From NCBI GenBank assembly GCA_949358305.1, contig OX442314.1, positions 62,001 to 126,000 on the forward strand: a stretch of DNA of 64,000 bases. Direction: 5' to 3'. Below the pieces are notes generated by a model. It was not told the DNA's origin. It did no database searches and worked only from the letters and a program-made list of their open reading frames with translations. This DNA comes from Strigamia acuminata (lineage: Eukaryota). A program made the translations under genes and the position numbers. Positions 48,329 to 61,320 of the stretch are shown in pieces. Positions within the stretch are counted from its first letter, which is position 1. Every line of letters begins with the position of its first letter.

Positions 48329-51300
48329 TGTTAGCCTTGTGAGAGCACACGAATAAACGAAAGACGTCTGTTAATGTTGAAAGTTGTGCACAAACTATTT
48401 AATTTCCTCAAAATACAAAAACAAAGTAAACAAATGCAATTCTCGAAATAAAATGTAACCGCCTCTCTGGTTGGCTGGGCCGGCTCGACGTCATTGATAG
48501 CGCCGACAGGTGCGCCGTGTGGCAGGTGCTGTCCCGCGGCACAAGGTCGTCGCCAGACGTGAGGTCATCGCATGGCCTTACACGTTCACCCCGGGGGTAG
48601 TGATGGTCCCCATCACGGCCTCTTCCTTGTAGAACCTCTTAAGTTGGGCCCCGTGCGCTTTCCAGGTGCGCCCATCGTCCCCTGCCAGCAAAAAGACTTC
48701 GGTCGCCAAACGTTCCACAATCGTGTATGGGCCCTCATACAGGGCGTCGAACTTCTTCTGTCGATGTCTCCTGGTAAACAGCACTCTGTCTCCCACTTTC
48801 ATACTAGATGGTGCCCGGTTGCGGTCGAAGCGCCCCTTCTGCAACCTCCCCGCCTCCTCCAAATTTCTGACCGCTTCCTCCCTATCTTCCCATAGTCTCT
48901 CCAATCCCTCTGTCAAATCGTCTTCATCGATCGTCGCCAACTCCTCCTTAAAGTCCGGGCGAGAACTTCGACGACGACTGCACTGTATTATTTATCGCCC
49001 ACACCTGGGCTGGTAGGTTCTTTGCCCACTTCTCCAGCCCGCCTTCGGCCTTACGCAGCTTTTGGACAATTGTTTGAATTGTCCTCTCGATTAATCCGTT
49101 AGAGGCGTGGTGATACGGTGGGCAGACCTCCACCTCCGCTTTCTCGCCTTCCGCAAATTCCACAAATTTTTTAGCGATAAATGAGGTACCGGCGTCGGTA
49201 ATGATCTTTCTCGCGGCCCCGAAACGCCCAAAAATATCGGTTCTAACCTTCTCTACCGATGTTGCCGCCTTCGTGTTGCGGACTGGAACTGCCACGACGA
49301 ATCTAGAAAACAGGTCGATCGCCGCCCACACGTACAAATTTCTCCCGCTGCACGGGTACGGGCCCCCGTGATCAATCGCGATCGTATGAAACGGCCTAGG
49401 AGGGATGGGTCGATTTGTCAGGAGCCCGGCTGGCTTTGCCGTCCGATGGTTCTGGCGCTGGCACTCCCAACATCCACGCACAAAACCCTCCACGCATCCC
49501 CGCATCCCCTTCCACCAGTGTCGCCTTCTTAGCCTTGAAAGTGTCTTAAATGCGTCCGCGTGTCCGCATGACTCGTGCACTGCCTTCGTCAATCCGTCCG
49601 TCATATTCTTCGGTACTACAATCTGTGAATGCTTCTTGCCCCCTCGCGTCTCCACGTGAAGGAGAAGTCCGTCAACCACCTCGAACTCTGTTGGGGGATG
49701 ATCCATTTTATTCTTACAAAAGATGTCATTCATTTGTTCCTCCCTCAACGTCCCATCGCGTAACTTAATCATCGCCAGAGCGACCGCCGCTCCCGACTCG
49801 ATTGCGCGCGAGAGTGCGTCCGCAATTTCGTTCTCCTTTCCCTTCTTATGCTTCATGTTAAAGTCAAACTCCTGCAAATCGAGGATCCACCGCGCATATT
49901 TCCTATTTAAGTCCGTCTTTGCGAGCATGTGGGCCACCGCCCAATTGTCTGTGAATAAGATGAACTTGGTCCCCAGTAAATACGTCCGAAATTTCTCCGT
50001 GATCGCCCAATGGACCGCCAGGCACTCAAGTTCATTAGAATGGGCTGTCCTATATGATTCCGGTATCCCCCTAGAGGCGTATGCGATGGTCACCCACTCG
50101 CCCTCCTGCCGCTGTTGTAGGGTCGCCCCCAAACCGTCGTAACTGGCGTCCACACTCACGCATGTCTCAGTGTCGCTCTGAAAATGGGCCAGCCACTCGC
50201 ACGCCTTTAATTCCTTCTTTATTGCCTCGACGGCCTCCTGGTGTGCCTCCGTCCAGGCAAAACGTGCCTCCTTTCTGGTCAAAGCCTGTAATATCTTCAC
50301 CTTCGCAGCGAATCCCCTCACGAATCGGCGGTGATAACCCGCGAACCCCAAAAATGCCCGGACATCTCTCACGCTGCGAAAACGCTGAAATCGATCGATG
50401 GCCCGTATACGCGCCGGGTCGGGTTTCTTCCCCTGTCTAGACACGATATAACCGAGGAAACTCACTTCTTTTCGCAACAGCTGACACTTCGATAATCGAA
50501 CGCGAAGGCCCTTTCTTATCAATTCCTCCAGAAACTTCTCCCATCTTGAGATCAGCTCGTTCACAATCCGGCTCGCTTGGCCCACGTCGTCGATGTATGC
50601 GGCCGTGCGCTCTACTCGCTTACACAACTTATCCATGATTTCCTGCATCTTGAAAGGCGAGATTTTTAATCCCATCGGCATCCTTGTTAATTCCATTAAC
50701 CCGTCTGGTGTCAGAAATGCGATCTTATGGCAATCGCCGCCACGCAATCGCACGTGGTAGAAAGCCATCGCGACGTCTCCCACGTTGAAATAAATCGGCT
50801 GATCGGCCAGCAAAAACTCAATTGTCTCGTCAATAGTTGGCATGCGGTACATTGACACGTCGACGATCTCATTTAATCGCCTCAAGTCAAGCACCGGTCG
50901 CAGCTTTTGCTTATTCTCGCCTTGCTTCACAAACCACAGCGGGAAGTTGTACTGTGACGTCGAGGGCCGGCAAATACCCAGTCTAAGCCAGAGCGCAATT
51001 GTCTCGCTGCACGCCTTCTCGTCTGCGGGCGAAAATTTCCTCGGTTTGGTTTTAATTGGGTTATTGTGTCGCAGGCGGATCTCGCACTCCTCGCCCACGC
51101 ACTCCCCCAGCTCGTCCTGCTCGCTAAACGCCTCCCTATTCGTCCATAGAACGCGTCGGAGCCGCTCCCTTTCCACTGCTGTAACGTCGACGTCCACCGC
51201 CCCCACGAGCGCGTCGACTTCTTCTCCGAACGCGCGGTCCTCCGCTGAAACCTGGCGCGAGGCCCGTACGATGCAGCTCACCGTTGGCGCCGGTCCCGTA

Positions 51301-52707
51301 ATCTCCTTGAAGAATGTTACATCTCCGTCGCCGGTGATCATCCACGCCAGCCCGGCCTGCCTGCGCCAGTCCATCCCGATGACCAATGGGAAAGGTGAAT
51401 CTTGGACCACGGCGACGTCACTGATTCTAGTCCTCATCTTTCCAATCTGGACATTTAAGTCCACGTGTCCTAAAACCTGCTTATCGCCATTCGCCGTTTT
51501 GAAGTACTCCTTCTCTAAATTGGGTCTGATTTCGACGCTATCGCTAACGAAAAGCTGATCCACGGTCGAGCAATTTGCCCCGCAATTGATCAGGGCCTCC
51601 ACCTGCCCCCCGAGTTCCGCTGATTGGCAGTCGACCACTACGAGATTCGACTCCGGGCACTTCGTCTTCACCATACAAATATTGATCTTCTTTTTCTCAG
51701 CCTCCCTCGGATGTTGCTTTGCGTCTCCCTCCTTCTGTTCGGGCTTCTTCGCTTTGGGGCAATCAAATGAACAATGGCCCATTTCGCTGCAACGCCAACA
51801 TTGCATTTTCGACATGTCCATGCCTTTTTTGTATGACGTGTCGTCGCGTGATGTCCTTGTCCTTGCGTCGGTCTTCGGCTTCGCAGTCTCTTTCGGCGTC
51901 GTCCTTGGCGGTGATCCGCTAGCCTCTCTGTTCCGGTCAATCTCGCGTCCCTTCCTAATTAATTCAATAAAAGAATCAAATTTTGACATGCGAAATAAAT
52001 CACGCGTGTGTAAATCGCAAACTCCCTCTATTGTGACATTTATCGCATCGTCCTTCGAGAAACTAAACGCCTTCTTTGTTGTTTCTATCAATGCGATTTT
52101 TGCGGCGAAATATGTGGCGAGGGATTCATTCTCCAGCTGCTTTCTTGCAGCAATTCGTTGCCTCCACCTATCGTATGTGTCGACGTCCAGAAAATAGTCT
52201 CTGATCGACGCCACCCACTCCGTCCACGAAACAAATTTTTTTCCGAAAAAGTCATACCAATACAGGGCCTCCTCCTTCAATTGTCCGTTTGCCACCGCAA
52301 TTTTCGCGTGCTCCGTCCATTTTCCCAATGTGGCCGCACGCTCGACGCACTCGATGAAATGTTCGACGTTCTCGTCACGTTTTCCTTTGAACACGGGCAC
52401 TCCCTTCGTCGTGTCCACCTCGTGCTGCACTTTAATCTGTCCCGCGAGTCCCGCTGCGGTTGAGACGATGGCCGACTGGGTTGCCCCGGGTTTGACCTTG
52501 GCTGCCTCATTTGCCACGTTGTCCGCCAAAATAGTGGCTAAATAATCGCTTTTCTTTTTACAATTACTTACGTCGATTCCCCGCAGCAAACACTCGTCAC
52601 GAATGTTCTCGCACGTTAAAAGGTCCAAAACCGGCTCACAAATTGAAGTCAACACACCTTTCATGTCCGCCATTTTGCTTCCGAGTTCTCCTTCCTCACG
52701 TACACGC
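48329..52707 (-). mobile_element. Gypsy element E; 5' LTR not seen in window
   Basis: 254-bp putative 3' LTR at 48329-48582 (minus strand TGTAAG...CTAACA) directly after the integrase end. The leader is interrupted at 52708. Confidence 0.85.
48578..52673 (-). pseudogene. gag-pol: Gag-Pol of element E, probably defective
   Basis: ORF 48948-52673: CWRCSEMGHCSFDC, protease site degenerate (LINCGA), YIDD, DAS, HHCC, DDE. The integrase C-terminus (YEGPY) continues in a separate ORF, 48578-48940, after a break. Confidence 0.87.
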
Positions 52708-52950
52708 CACTGGAAAAAAAATCAGATTTACTCACTTGTAAAGAATTATAAATATATAGGCAGATGGATTTTACAAGTTTGTAAATTAGATTTACAAAGA
52801 ATTGAAAATAAGTCTTTTCCAAACACATTTACAATCCGGACCATTTCCGTGACTTTTTTTACAATAACTTTACAAACATTTTCAATTGTGTAATTATGAA
52901 ATTTCATAATGTATTTCCAATGTATTTCCAATGTATTTCCAATGTATTTC
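52708..52950 (+). mobile_element. Left part of a second copy of the CACTG MITE
   Basis: Highly similar to 39060 to about 39300; cut off at 52950 within the 11-bp repeats. Confidence 0.88.
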
Positions 52951-53052
52951 TGTTGTTAGAGAATTTACTCCTTTGGTCCAAGCACCAAATGGGCAATCCA
53001 TCATTTCTGGCTCAAGAATAGGAGGTGGTTCGAGGGCGGGAGAATGAGGATG

Positions 53053-53137
53053 TTTAGGTTAGGTTAGGTTAGGTTAGGTTAGGTTTAGGTTTAGGTTTAG
53101 GTTTAGGTTTAGGTTTAGGTTTAGGTTTAGGTTTAGG
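53053..53137 (+). repeat. Telomere-like tract TTTAGG(TTAGG)5(TTTAGG)9
   Basis: Counted directly from the sequence. Confidence 0.9.
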
Positions 53138-53400
53138 ATAGCCAGCGCCATCTACTAACAAAATTGACAAGTAAAAGTGGTCCATTTCGTCCGAGGACAA
53201 AATGAACAAGATGGCGGTGAGTCATACTAGGCCGCGAGCAACCTTGGAGAGAAAAACGTCTTTTGACCTTTGACCTTGACCTTTGACCTTTGTGGCGGAA
53301 AATTTGACCTTTGACCTTTGAGGCGAAAAATTTGGCTTTTGACCTTTGACATCTGAAGGTGGAGAGTTTAACCATTGACCTGTATGACTCACTTCCTGTT

Positions 53401-53579
53401 TTGGAATTTTCTAGAATTTTTATTATCTCTTATTTCTTCCTGGATTGTCCTTGATTGGAATTTTCTAGAATTTTTATTATCTCTTATTTCTTCCTGGATT
53501 GTCCTTGATTGGGATTTTCTAGAATTTTTATTATCTCTTATTTCTTCCTGGATTGTCCTTGTTTGGAATTTTCTAGAAT
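53401..53579. repeat. 54-bp tandem repeat, about 3.3 copies
   Basis: Unit TTGGAATTTTCTAGAATTTTTATTATCTC... starts at 53401, 53455, 53509 and 53563. Confidence 0.9.
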
Positions 53580-54840
53580 GTTCTGTGATGAATCATCACT
53601 TCCGGTTTTGTGGGTATATAAGGAGTGACAAATCAGAACTTTTTCAGTTTGTCACGGTCCTGACTTGAGCAGTAGTAATTTTCAAAATTTTAAGCGCATT
53701 TTGCGTCCCTCCTTTAAATTTTTCCCAATTTTATTGAGAAATTGTTCTAGTTTCTTTAAATTATTTTATTTTCCCCAAATCTAAATTTATTATTTTATTT
53801 TATATTATTTTCCTTATTTTTGACATTTATCTTTAATCTGGCCTGGTTTTAATCACCCCATCCAGACAATTCATGAGAATTCTGCAATAAGTTGATATAA
53901 TCGCGCTCTAAATTTGCATATTTCACCCCTGATCGCCTGTTTTCTGCTCGGTCCCCATTGGGAATTGACTTGGCCTTTGACATGTGATCAGAGGTGACTT
54001 GTTCTGTCAAGACACTTTGAACAGAGAGAATAATTTTCGCCTTCGACTAGTCAACATCTCCTGTCTTAACTAGGAAGATTTCCAAGTGCGATTTATGTTG
54101 CGTCTCAACGCATACGGTCATTATGCAGCCCGAATTCTCATGGTTGGCTATCTAACCACTACATTTATTATTTGCCCATTATTTGCGTACAAATTACTGG
54201 AAAAACGGCGTATTCGACGGTCTTAATTCGTCAATACATTTTATGCCACGACTGTGACTTCCTCCTCAGCCTAGACATTTTGAACTCATACTCGTCTCAA
54301 TTGCGTATTCATTTCATTATCGACGGTTCGGCGACGTTGTCTGCGGTTTGGTACCTGTTTGCGCGTTCACCCAACGTTTGCGCGTGTTCAGGAGAAGAAA
54401 CATACTCTTCGTAAGTACGCCTAGCATGTGACGACATTTTCCCTAGTGAAGAGCGATATTTTGGTCTTAATTCGAAATATCAACGTTCGCCATTTTGTAC
54501 GGCGCCCGAATTGAATCCTGCACCCATATAAAACAGATTTCACGAATAGACGCTGTCTTAACCTAGCTACCACCTCCGGCAAAGTTTTAAGAGTTGCAGC
54601 GCCTGCGAACCTAAATTTTCTGGTTATCACAATCCCTGGAAATTCTTAAATTTCCGAAACCATTGTTAAAAAGTCGACTACGACGTGACAATCTTGGCGA
54701 GCTAGACAGGATTCAACTCGAAACGTGTTCTAAGAGAACACAAACCACCATTTTCTTCAGTGAAGACTGCGCAAGTATAGGTCGTTATATTTATTTAATT
54801 AATTACTTATTTTTGCCGGCACACATATTATTATTTCAAC

Positions 54841-56757
54841 ATGGCTTCACGCGACGCTTTGTCAGAGTCCAGTGTTTCGGACGTAGAAGCCGAAATAGCG
54901 CATACTACGCCACTTCCAGACTCACCTATCCATGAGTCAGACCACCAGCAAGATCTACTAGTACAACCAATTTCTACTGACGTACCATTTTCCAATCCTT
55001 GGAGGACATACGCCCAAATGGAAGCGGATCAACTCCAACATGAACGGGAAGCGGCTGCGGCACGGGATCAATGGGAGGAAAATAGACGCCATTTGCAGGA
55101 ATCACTCATGGAAAGAAGACGAGTTGTGGACGGAATGCGAGCGGTTCGAGAAGAAATTCAACGAGGACCGCCGCCTACTTATCAACCTGAATTTATGCAA
55201 CCGGAACCACAACAACATCGAAGGAATCCACCTGCATTGACGATGGAAGCATTGATGCGAGTATTACGAGAGGATAGAAGGGAGTTACAACACGAACTTC
55301 GCCAGGAGTTGCTCGAGTCGATGAGGCAAATTAGGCGCGAGCTGAACGACAGAGTGGAGGAATTTATCCATTCGCACAACGAGCGAACTCAGCCTGAACC
55401 ACCAGCACCTGAAGCAGGTTCGGGGGCCACACGTCGTGGTCGAGAGGACGCTCGGGGAGCCGACTTTTTATTTGGAGATACTGGACGTGCGTCAGGACCA
55501 CGACGCACTGGCTCTTATTCTCCGAGACGACGCCAACAACATTCACAACAGGGAGACACAACTTTCAATGTTCCACGGGACCCACCAACGAATCCTGATC
55601 CGGATTCCGCTCAAAGAGGTGACCAAGGCATACCACTCAGCGCCTCAAGACAGCAGCCTCACACGAGATCTCAACTCTCGTTGGAGTCGGAAGATCAGCG
55701 TCAAGCCGCTCAGGTTGGAAGGTATAAACTTAAAGTTGAAAAAATTCCATACTTTGACCCGGATGAAGCTACTTTCGACACAGTGGACTTGTTCCTGGGT
55801 AAGCTATATGCGCACATGTTTACCATGGGAGCACCGGAAGGAATATATTTGAAAGTATACGTGGTTCTCGCGCTTCGAAATAGAGCGCAGCGTTGGTGGA
55901 TGGCTCTGACTCCAAAACCAAACAATTGGGAGGACTTTGAATTAGTTTTCAGGCAGGTATTTTCCATTAATTCAGCTTTAGCTAATGTTAAGTTGTCTCA
56001 GCGCAAACAAAAGCCAGGGGAATCAACTATGTCGTTCCTCAGCGAGATGATTCATTATTTAAACATTGCTGGATACAAGGATAAGGGCTTGCAGTGGGAA
56101 CGAGTTCAGGGCATGATGCAAACTCAGGTCGTACAATTAATGCGCTCTTGGTGCATCAGGACAATCGACGACGCAGTCAAAATGGGCAACGACGTCGATA
56201 ATCGCCTTCAGTTGGATTCGTTGCGGACTTTTGAGTACAAACAGTGCGGAGTTTCGGACCAAGAGATGCCTTTACCCGCAGGAGTGGGTCCTGCCACACG
56301 TACCAAAACGAAGGAGGAGAAGTTAAATCAACAATCTACTTCGTCCAGGTCTGGTCGTTTTTTACGATTCAACAAAGTATTTACAGCATTGCTCGAGGAC
56401 ATGTCGACTTGTGCGCTTGATCCGGAAGATCCCAACAGCGAGAAAACAAATAAAGACCCGCCAAAAGAGTCTGCATCAGCGGCAGCACAAAAGTCTGATG
56501 TCCACGTCATGAATGCGACTACCACGCCAACACCTAGAACGGATACACAGCACACATGTCCCAAGGACGTTGTCATTTTTCCAGCCGCTAAAGAAGCGCC
56601 TTCAGAGCCAAAGCTCCCGAAGAATGCTATGTGGAGAAAAACCCCAACGGATAAATGGTTCATGTCTGACAGGCAATCATGGAGGCCTGTGTGCCCCGTT
56701 TGCGGCAAGGAATGGATTCGTCAGTCGGGAAACGCAAGCGGCCTGCTCAAAGCATGA
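54841..56757 (+). CDS. gag: Gag of element C
   Basis: 638 aa. LRNRAQRWW...NWEDFELVF and RKQKPGESTMSFLSE; alignable to the gag of B. Confidence 0.88.
   Translation: MASRDALSESSVSDVEAEIAHTTPLPDSPIHESDHQQDLLVQPISTDVPFSNPWRTYAQMEADQLQHEREAAAARDQWEENRRHLQESLMERRRVVDGMRAVREEIQRGPPPTYQPEFMQPEPQQHRRNPPALTMEALMRVLREDRRELQHELRQELLESMRQIRRELNDRVEEFIHSHNERTQPEPPAPEAGSGATRRGREDARGADFLFGDTGRASGPRRTGSYSPRRRQQHSQQGDTTFNVPRDPPTNPDPDSAQRGDQGIPLSASRQQPHTRSQLSLESEDQRQAAQVGRYKLKVEKIPYFDPDEATFDTVDLFLGKLYAHMFTMGAPEGIYLKVYVVLALRNRAQRWWMALTPKPNNWEDFELVFRQVFSINSALANVKLSQRKQKPGESTMSFLSEMIHYLNIAGYKDKGLQWERVQGMMQTQVVQLMRSWCIRTIDDAVKMGNDVDNRLQLDSLRTFEYKQCGVSDQEMPLPAGVGPATRTKTKEEKLNQQSTSSRSGRFLRFNKVFTALLEDMSTCALDPEDPNSEKTNKDPPKESASAAAQKSDVHVMNATTTPTPRTDTQHTCPKDVVIFPAAKEAPSEPKLPKNAMWRKTPTDKWFMSDRQSWRPVCPVCGKEWIRQSGNASGLLKA
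56727..56733 (+). promoter_or_regulatory. -1 frameshift slippery heptamer G_GGA_AAC
   Basis: Canonical X_XXY_YYZ in gag phase, inside the gag/pol overlap; pol is in the -1 frame. Confidence 0.75.
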
Positions 56758-58808
56758 GTCCAGAGAGTGGGTCGGATACAAACATCAAGGACTCTACTGA
56801 AAAGAAGACTGAAGAATCACCAGACATCGATGGAAGTACAAAACCGTCTACTCCGACATCAGAGGCGCCATCTGCTGTTCGAGAAGACAACAACAAATCA
56901 TTAAACCCGTCTACTGACATTAAATTAAATACACCAATCAAATCAGATTCAAGTAAATCAAAATCAAAAATACCCGGTGTCGTAACACCACAACCAACAA
57001 AATCAGCGCAACTTTCGTCTGTGAAAGCCAAGGAAACCCCCAAACAATCAACTTCGTTGACAACGCAGAGTGAGACGTTGCAAACAAACTTCGTTCTTTT
57101 GTCGCCTGAGGAATTGCAAAAATCCGACGAGCCAATAATCGAAATTACGAAGATTGACCGCTTCAACAGAGAAGCACCATACATCAAGATAACATGGGCC
57201 AACGTGAGTTTTGTCGCACTTTTGGATTCAGGCGCTCAGACATGTGTAATGTCGGAGTCGTTATTTAACAAACTTAAAGCCAATATGGGTTTGGAATTGC
57301 TCGAACTTCACGAAACAGTGCGTACAGCGGCCGATGACAAAATTCCAGTTAAGGGATCTGTTAAACTGTCGGTGCGCGCACCTTTGGCCATCATTTCTTT
57401 CATTTGCTTAATTATACCCAAAACATCAGAGGACCTTCTGCTGGGAAGAGATTTCTGCAGAGCGGTTGGTCTGTGCGCAGACTTTGAATTGTGCCAGTGG
57501 TATTTGAAGGGATCACCGGAGCGAAGACAATTCATGACTTTAGAACAAGCTAATAAGTCGGAATCTGTTCTTTTGTTCCCCATCAAGAAGCCCGATGATA
57601 CAAAGGACAGCATTAAGGATGTACCCAAGGTAGAAATTAATAACATTAATTGTATTCTTCTAGAACATCGACCTTTGTCACAAGAGATTTTCGAATATCC
57701 AAATGACGATGCTCAGCACCAAATCAAGAGGATTCGGAATCGTACACGAGATCAATGGTCATTGATATGGTCACCAAAGAGGAAGGATTCCATTAAAAAA
57801 TCAAGAAAATTCAATTCATCATTGTTTTCAACGCTTAGCCAACGCAGACGTGCAAGACGACAGCGAAGACGCCTTTATGAATTGTCACCAACAATAAAAC
57901 AACTTAACACGCAGGGAAGACAGCTTTTGCGTCGTGTAGATGAAAATGCGCTCATGGCCAGAGTACACGATCATCCGACGATTTCGGAGCCACCTCTGGA
58001 TGTTAATGTACTACAATATCAACCAAGCAGTGATCCAACACAACTGGACTGGATTTACGACCAGCTGTGGTCATCATTGACGGTACCCCAAATTCGTTTA
58101 TTGATTCAGACTCTTCGACCAATTTCGAAAGTGTTTCGCGAAGAGGTTGGATTATGTAACAACACTCAGTTTGAAGTAAATTTAAAACCGGACTTTAGAC
58201 CAATTCATGTGCCTGTAAGACCCGTTAACCCAGCAAAAAAGATGGTAATTGACGCTTATTTGGATCAAAAACTAAAACAAGGCATTATTCGTCGATCAAA
58301 AAGTGATTGTGCGGTGGCGCCTGTTGTTGTTCCAAAAAAGACTGGAGACTGGCGTACAGCCATGGATTTTAGACCAATGAATGCTCAAACTTTACCAGAT
58401 GTCTACCCATTACCCGACATCGATAATATATTTTCTTATTTAGGAGGATCAAATTGGTTTTCGATCATAGATGGACGAGAAGCCTTCCACCAGATTGGAG
58501 TGCGTCCGGGTGACGAGAGATTTCTCGCATTTATCACGCACAGAGGACTTTTCGAGTATGTGAGAATGCCGTTTGGACCCATTAATGGCCCAGCAACTCT
58601 ACAGAGAGCCATGAACAAGACTTTGTCGAAATATCTTTACAAATTTGTGTTCGTTTATCTCGATGACGTCATAATTTTCAGCAAGACTTTCGAGGAGCAT
58701 GTACAACATCTTAAAATTATTCTTCAAGCCTTGGATGAAGCGGGATTCACGATGAACGCCAACAAGACGGAATTATGTCGAACATCGCTCGAGGTTTTAG
58801 GACACATT

Positions 58809-59425
58809 AGGTGCGTTCAATTCCAAATGGTTTTCCCCGTTTTCGTCGTTTTCCTCGTTTTTGCTGTTTTCCAACACGGGATGTAGACGCATTTGACGTC
58901 ACATTTCGAAAATCGGTTTTTTCGAAAACCGATTTCCTGAAAACTAGAAATTCGTGGTTTTCGTGGTTTTTCAAATCGTTTTCCCCCGGGCCGCCATTTT
59001 GTAATCGAATAGATCGGCGGTGGAAGCACACACAAAAATGTAGGTTTAATGTTTTAATATTGCAAATTCAATTTGTATAATTATTAGGCCTTTAAGAACG
59101 ATCGAATGCGCCCAAATTTCGGGTGCATGTGCGCGATCAAATGCGGCCAATTTTCGGGCGCATTTGCGCGATCGAATGCGGCCAATTTTAGGCTAATTTC
59201 CCGCTCCCAAATGAATAACAATAATACTATCAATTTAAACAAACTTACATTACTATTAAATTAAATATATTTAAATACATTTACAGACTGAGCATGCTCC
59301 GTGGCTGTTGAAAGCTGTTGACAGCTGTTGGTAATAATGCTGCTCAATGTTGAAAACCGTTTTCATCGTTTTCGGAAAACGACGAAAAACGGTTTTTGAA
59401 AGCCATTTTAGAATTGAATGCACCT
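58809..59425. mobile_element. MITE, 617 bp, PIF/Harbinger-like
   Basis: TIR AGGTGCGTTCAATTC/GAATTGAATGCACCT (1 mismatch), 3-bp TSD ATT. The 620-bp gain accounts for the pol frame change. Confidence 0.85.
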
Positions 59426-61320
59426 ATTGTGGAGTCTGGACACATTAAACCAAATCCGAATAAGGTGACGGCAATTCAATATTTTCCGGCGCCTACCAAT
59501 ATCAAAGAATTACAAAGATTCAAAGGAATGATTGGCTATTATCAGTCATTTTTCCCAAATTATTCAAAAACATGCGAGGTGTTTCGCCCTTTGCTCAAAA
59601 AAGATTCCGAGTGGAAATGGACGATTCAACACCAAGAAGCATTTGATTCACTCAAGAGAGGATTGGCAGAACCAACTCTACACCGGAAGTTCCCAGATTG
59701 GACCAAGCCATACATATTACAGACAGACGCCAGCTATTCGGGTTTGGGCGCTGCACTTATGCAACTCAATGATCAAGGTGAGCGAACACCAATCGCCTTT
59801 GCATCACGTGCATTAAATTCTGCTGAGAAGAATTACAGCGTCACCGAGATTGAATGCTTGGCGGCGGTTTGGGCGGTCAAGAGATTTCGGGTGTATCTTG
59901 AGATGATGAATTTTTATTTGGAAAGCGATCATTTGTCGTTAAAGTGGCTTTTCCAGCAGCGAGAACCAAAAGGACGCCTGGCACGATGGGTTTTGTCCCT
60001 CAGTGAGTATGGATTCACATTTCTTTACTGTTCGGGAGCACAGAATCGTGTTGCGGATGCTTTGAGCCGTGCGCCTGTGGAACCATCGGAACCATTGGAT
60101 GCGGACGACTCGCCTCTCGTTGATGAAACATGCTACATCGCCTATTTTGACGACCCAAATGATTGGCCAAAATTACCAATAATCAACATTATTGGAGTTG
60201 GATTAGCTGCGGCACAACAACGAAATGACGCAGCTGTGATGACGAGAGCGCAGAGACGACAACAGCAAGTTAAACCAAAATTGGGCAGGCCAAAGGGTTC
60301 TAAAAGTAAGAAGAGACCGCCACCAAATTATCAGGTATTAACTCGAGCCAGAGCACGTCAGCAGGCACAGGTTTCGACGCCTCATGGAGCTGACGCACCA
60401 CTATCGCCTTTGATATCGCCCTTGCCATCGCCAAATTTGCCGACTACATCGTGTCCAACCCCTAATATGTTGAGCCCACCTGCAGGACCATCCGGAGCTG
60501 CACGACCGAATTTTGACGGATATGGAGGTCCGGATTCGGATTCGTCGGACGATTCAACAACATATCGACCGGCATGGATGGGACGTGCAGGATTTATTCT
60601 ACAACAAGTGCGTCAAGATCGATCACAATTTCAAAGAAATGCATCGAGACGACCAATTGCTGATGAGCAACAGGACGAAGAAGAAGATGAGGCCGAACAA
60701 GCACATGATGCGCCGCAGGATCACCAACCTTTTCGTCTGATACCAACAATTAACGAAATAATTTGCCGACAACACGAAGACACGTGGAGCGCCGAATTGA
60801 TCGAATATCTTGATCAAGGACATTTACCCAATGACCAAGTACAAGCAGCACGTATCAAATATCGTGCCGTAGATTTTGCTATTTATAAGGGAATGTTGTG
60901 TCGCTATCCACCGATCGACATAAATAAAATTCGCCGTAGAAGACAAATCTATTTGCCCTTAGTGTTACGTGAACAATATTTCAAGGCTCTGCATTACCCG
61001 CCGAGCTGCGGACATTTAGGAGTTGAAAAAACACTTCATCGACTCCGGGCCCGAGTTTATTGGCCAAAAATGAAAGAGGACGTTTTGCTTTGGATTCAGA
61101 AATGTGAACCGTGTCAACGAGCTAAGTCGTTGAATCGCCTCCCATATGGACCAATGATTATGGCCAAACCACGACATTTGTTTCACACAATTTACATCGA
61201 CTATTACGGTAAAAAGCCCCGATCGATTGGAGGACATTGTTACGCATTAGTAATTGTAGATGCCGCCAGTCGATGGTTGGATGTGAGATTGACTGAAGCA
61301 TCTGACTGGAAGACAACAAT

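Larger units (their letters stand above)
52951..53649. mobile_element. Terminus of an unclassified repeat-rich element
   Basis: Starts abruptly with TGTTGTTAGAG inside the MITE. Contains a TTAGG/TTTAGG tract, TGACCTT repeats, a 54-bp tandem, CACTTCC(T/G)G motifs and TATATAA...TCAGT. Confidence 0.5.
53650..61320 (+). mobile_element. Gypsy element C (sister family of B), interrupted
   Basis: Putative 1041-bp LTR TGTCACG...CGTGACA (53650-54690), PBS at 54695 identical to that of B, gag and pol homologous to B. The 3' end is not in the window. Confidence 0.9.
56679..61320 (+). pseudogene. pol: Pol of element C, disrupted by two insertions
   Basis: LDSGA, YLDD, RNase H, HHCC and the first integrase Asp are present. 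Removing 58809-59428 restores LGHIVESG in frame. Homology to B ends at 61320. Confidence 0.92.

Noticed and set aside
53053..53137. True telomere or chromosome fusion site
   Set aside because: Only 85 bp, single orientation, embedded in nested elements.
58807..59427. TA-target Tc1/mariner MITE
   Set aside because: A TA duplication would leave an extra codon (HIIVE). The ATT duplication restores HIVE, matching element B.
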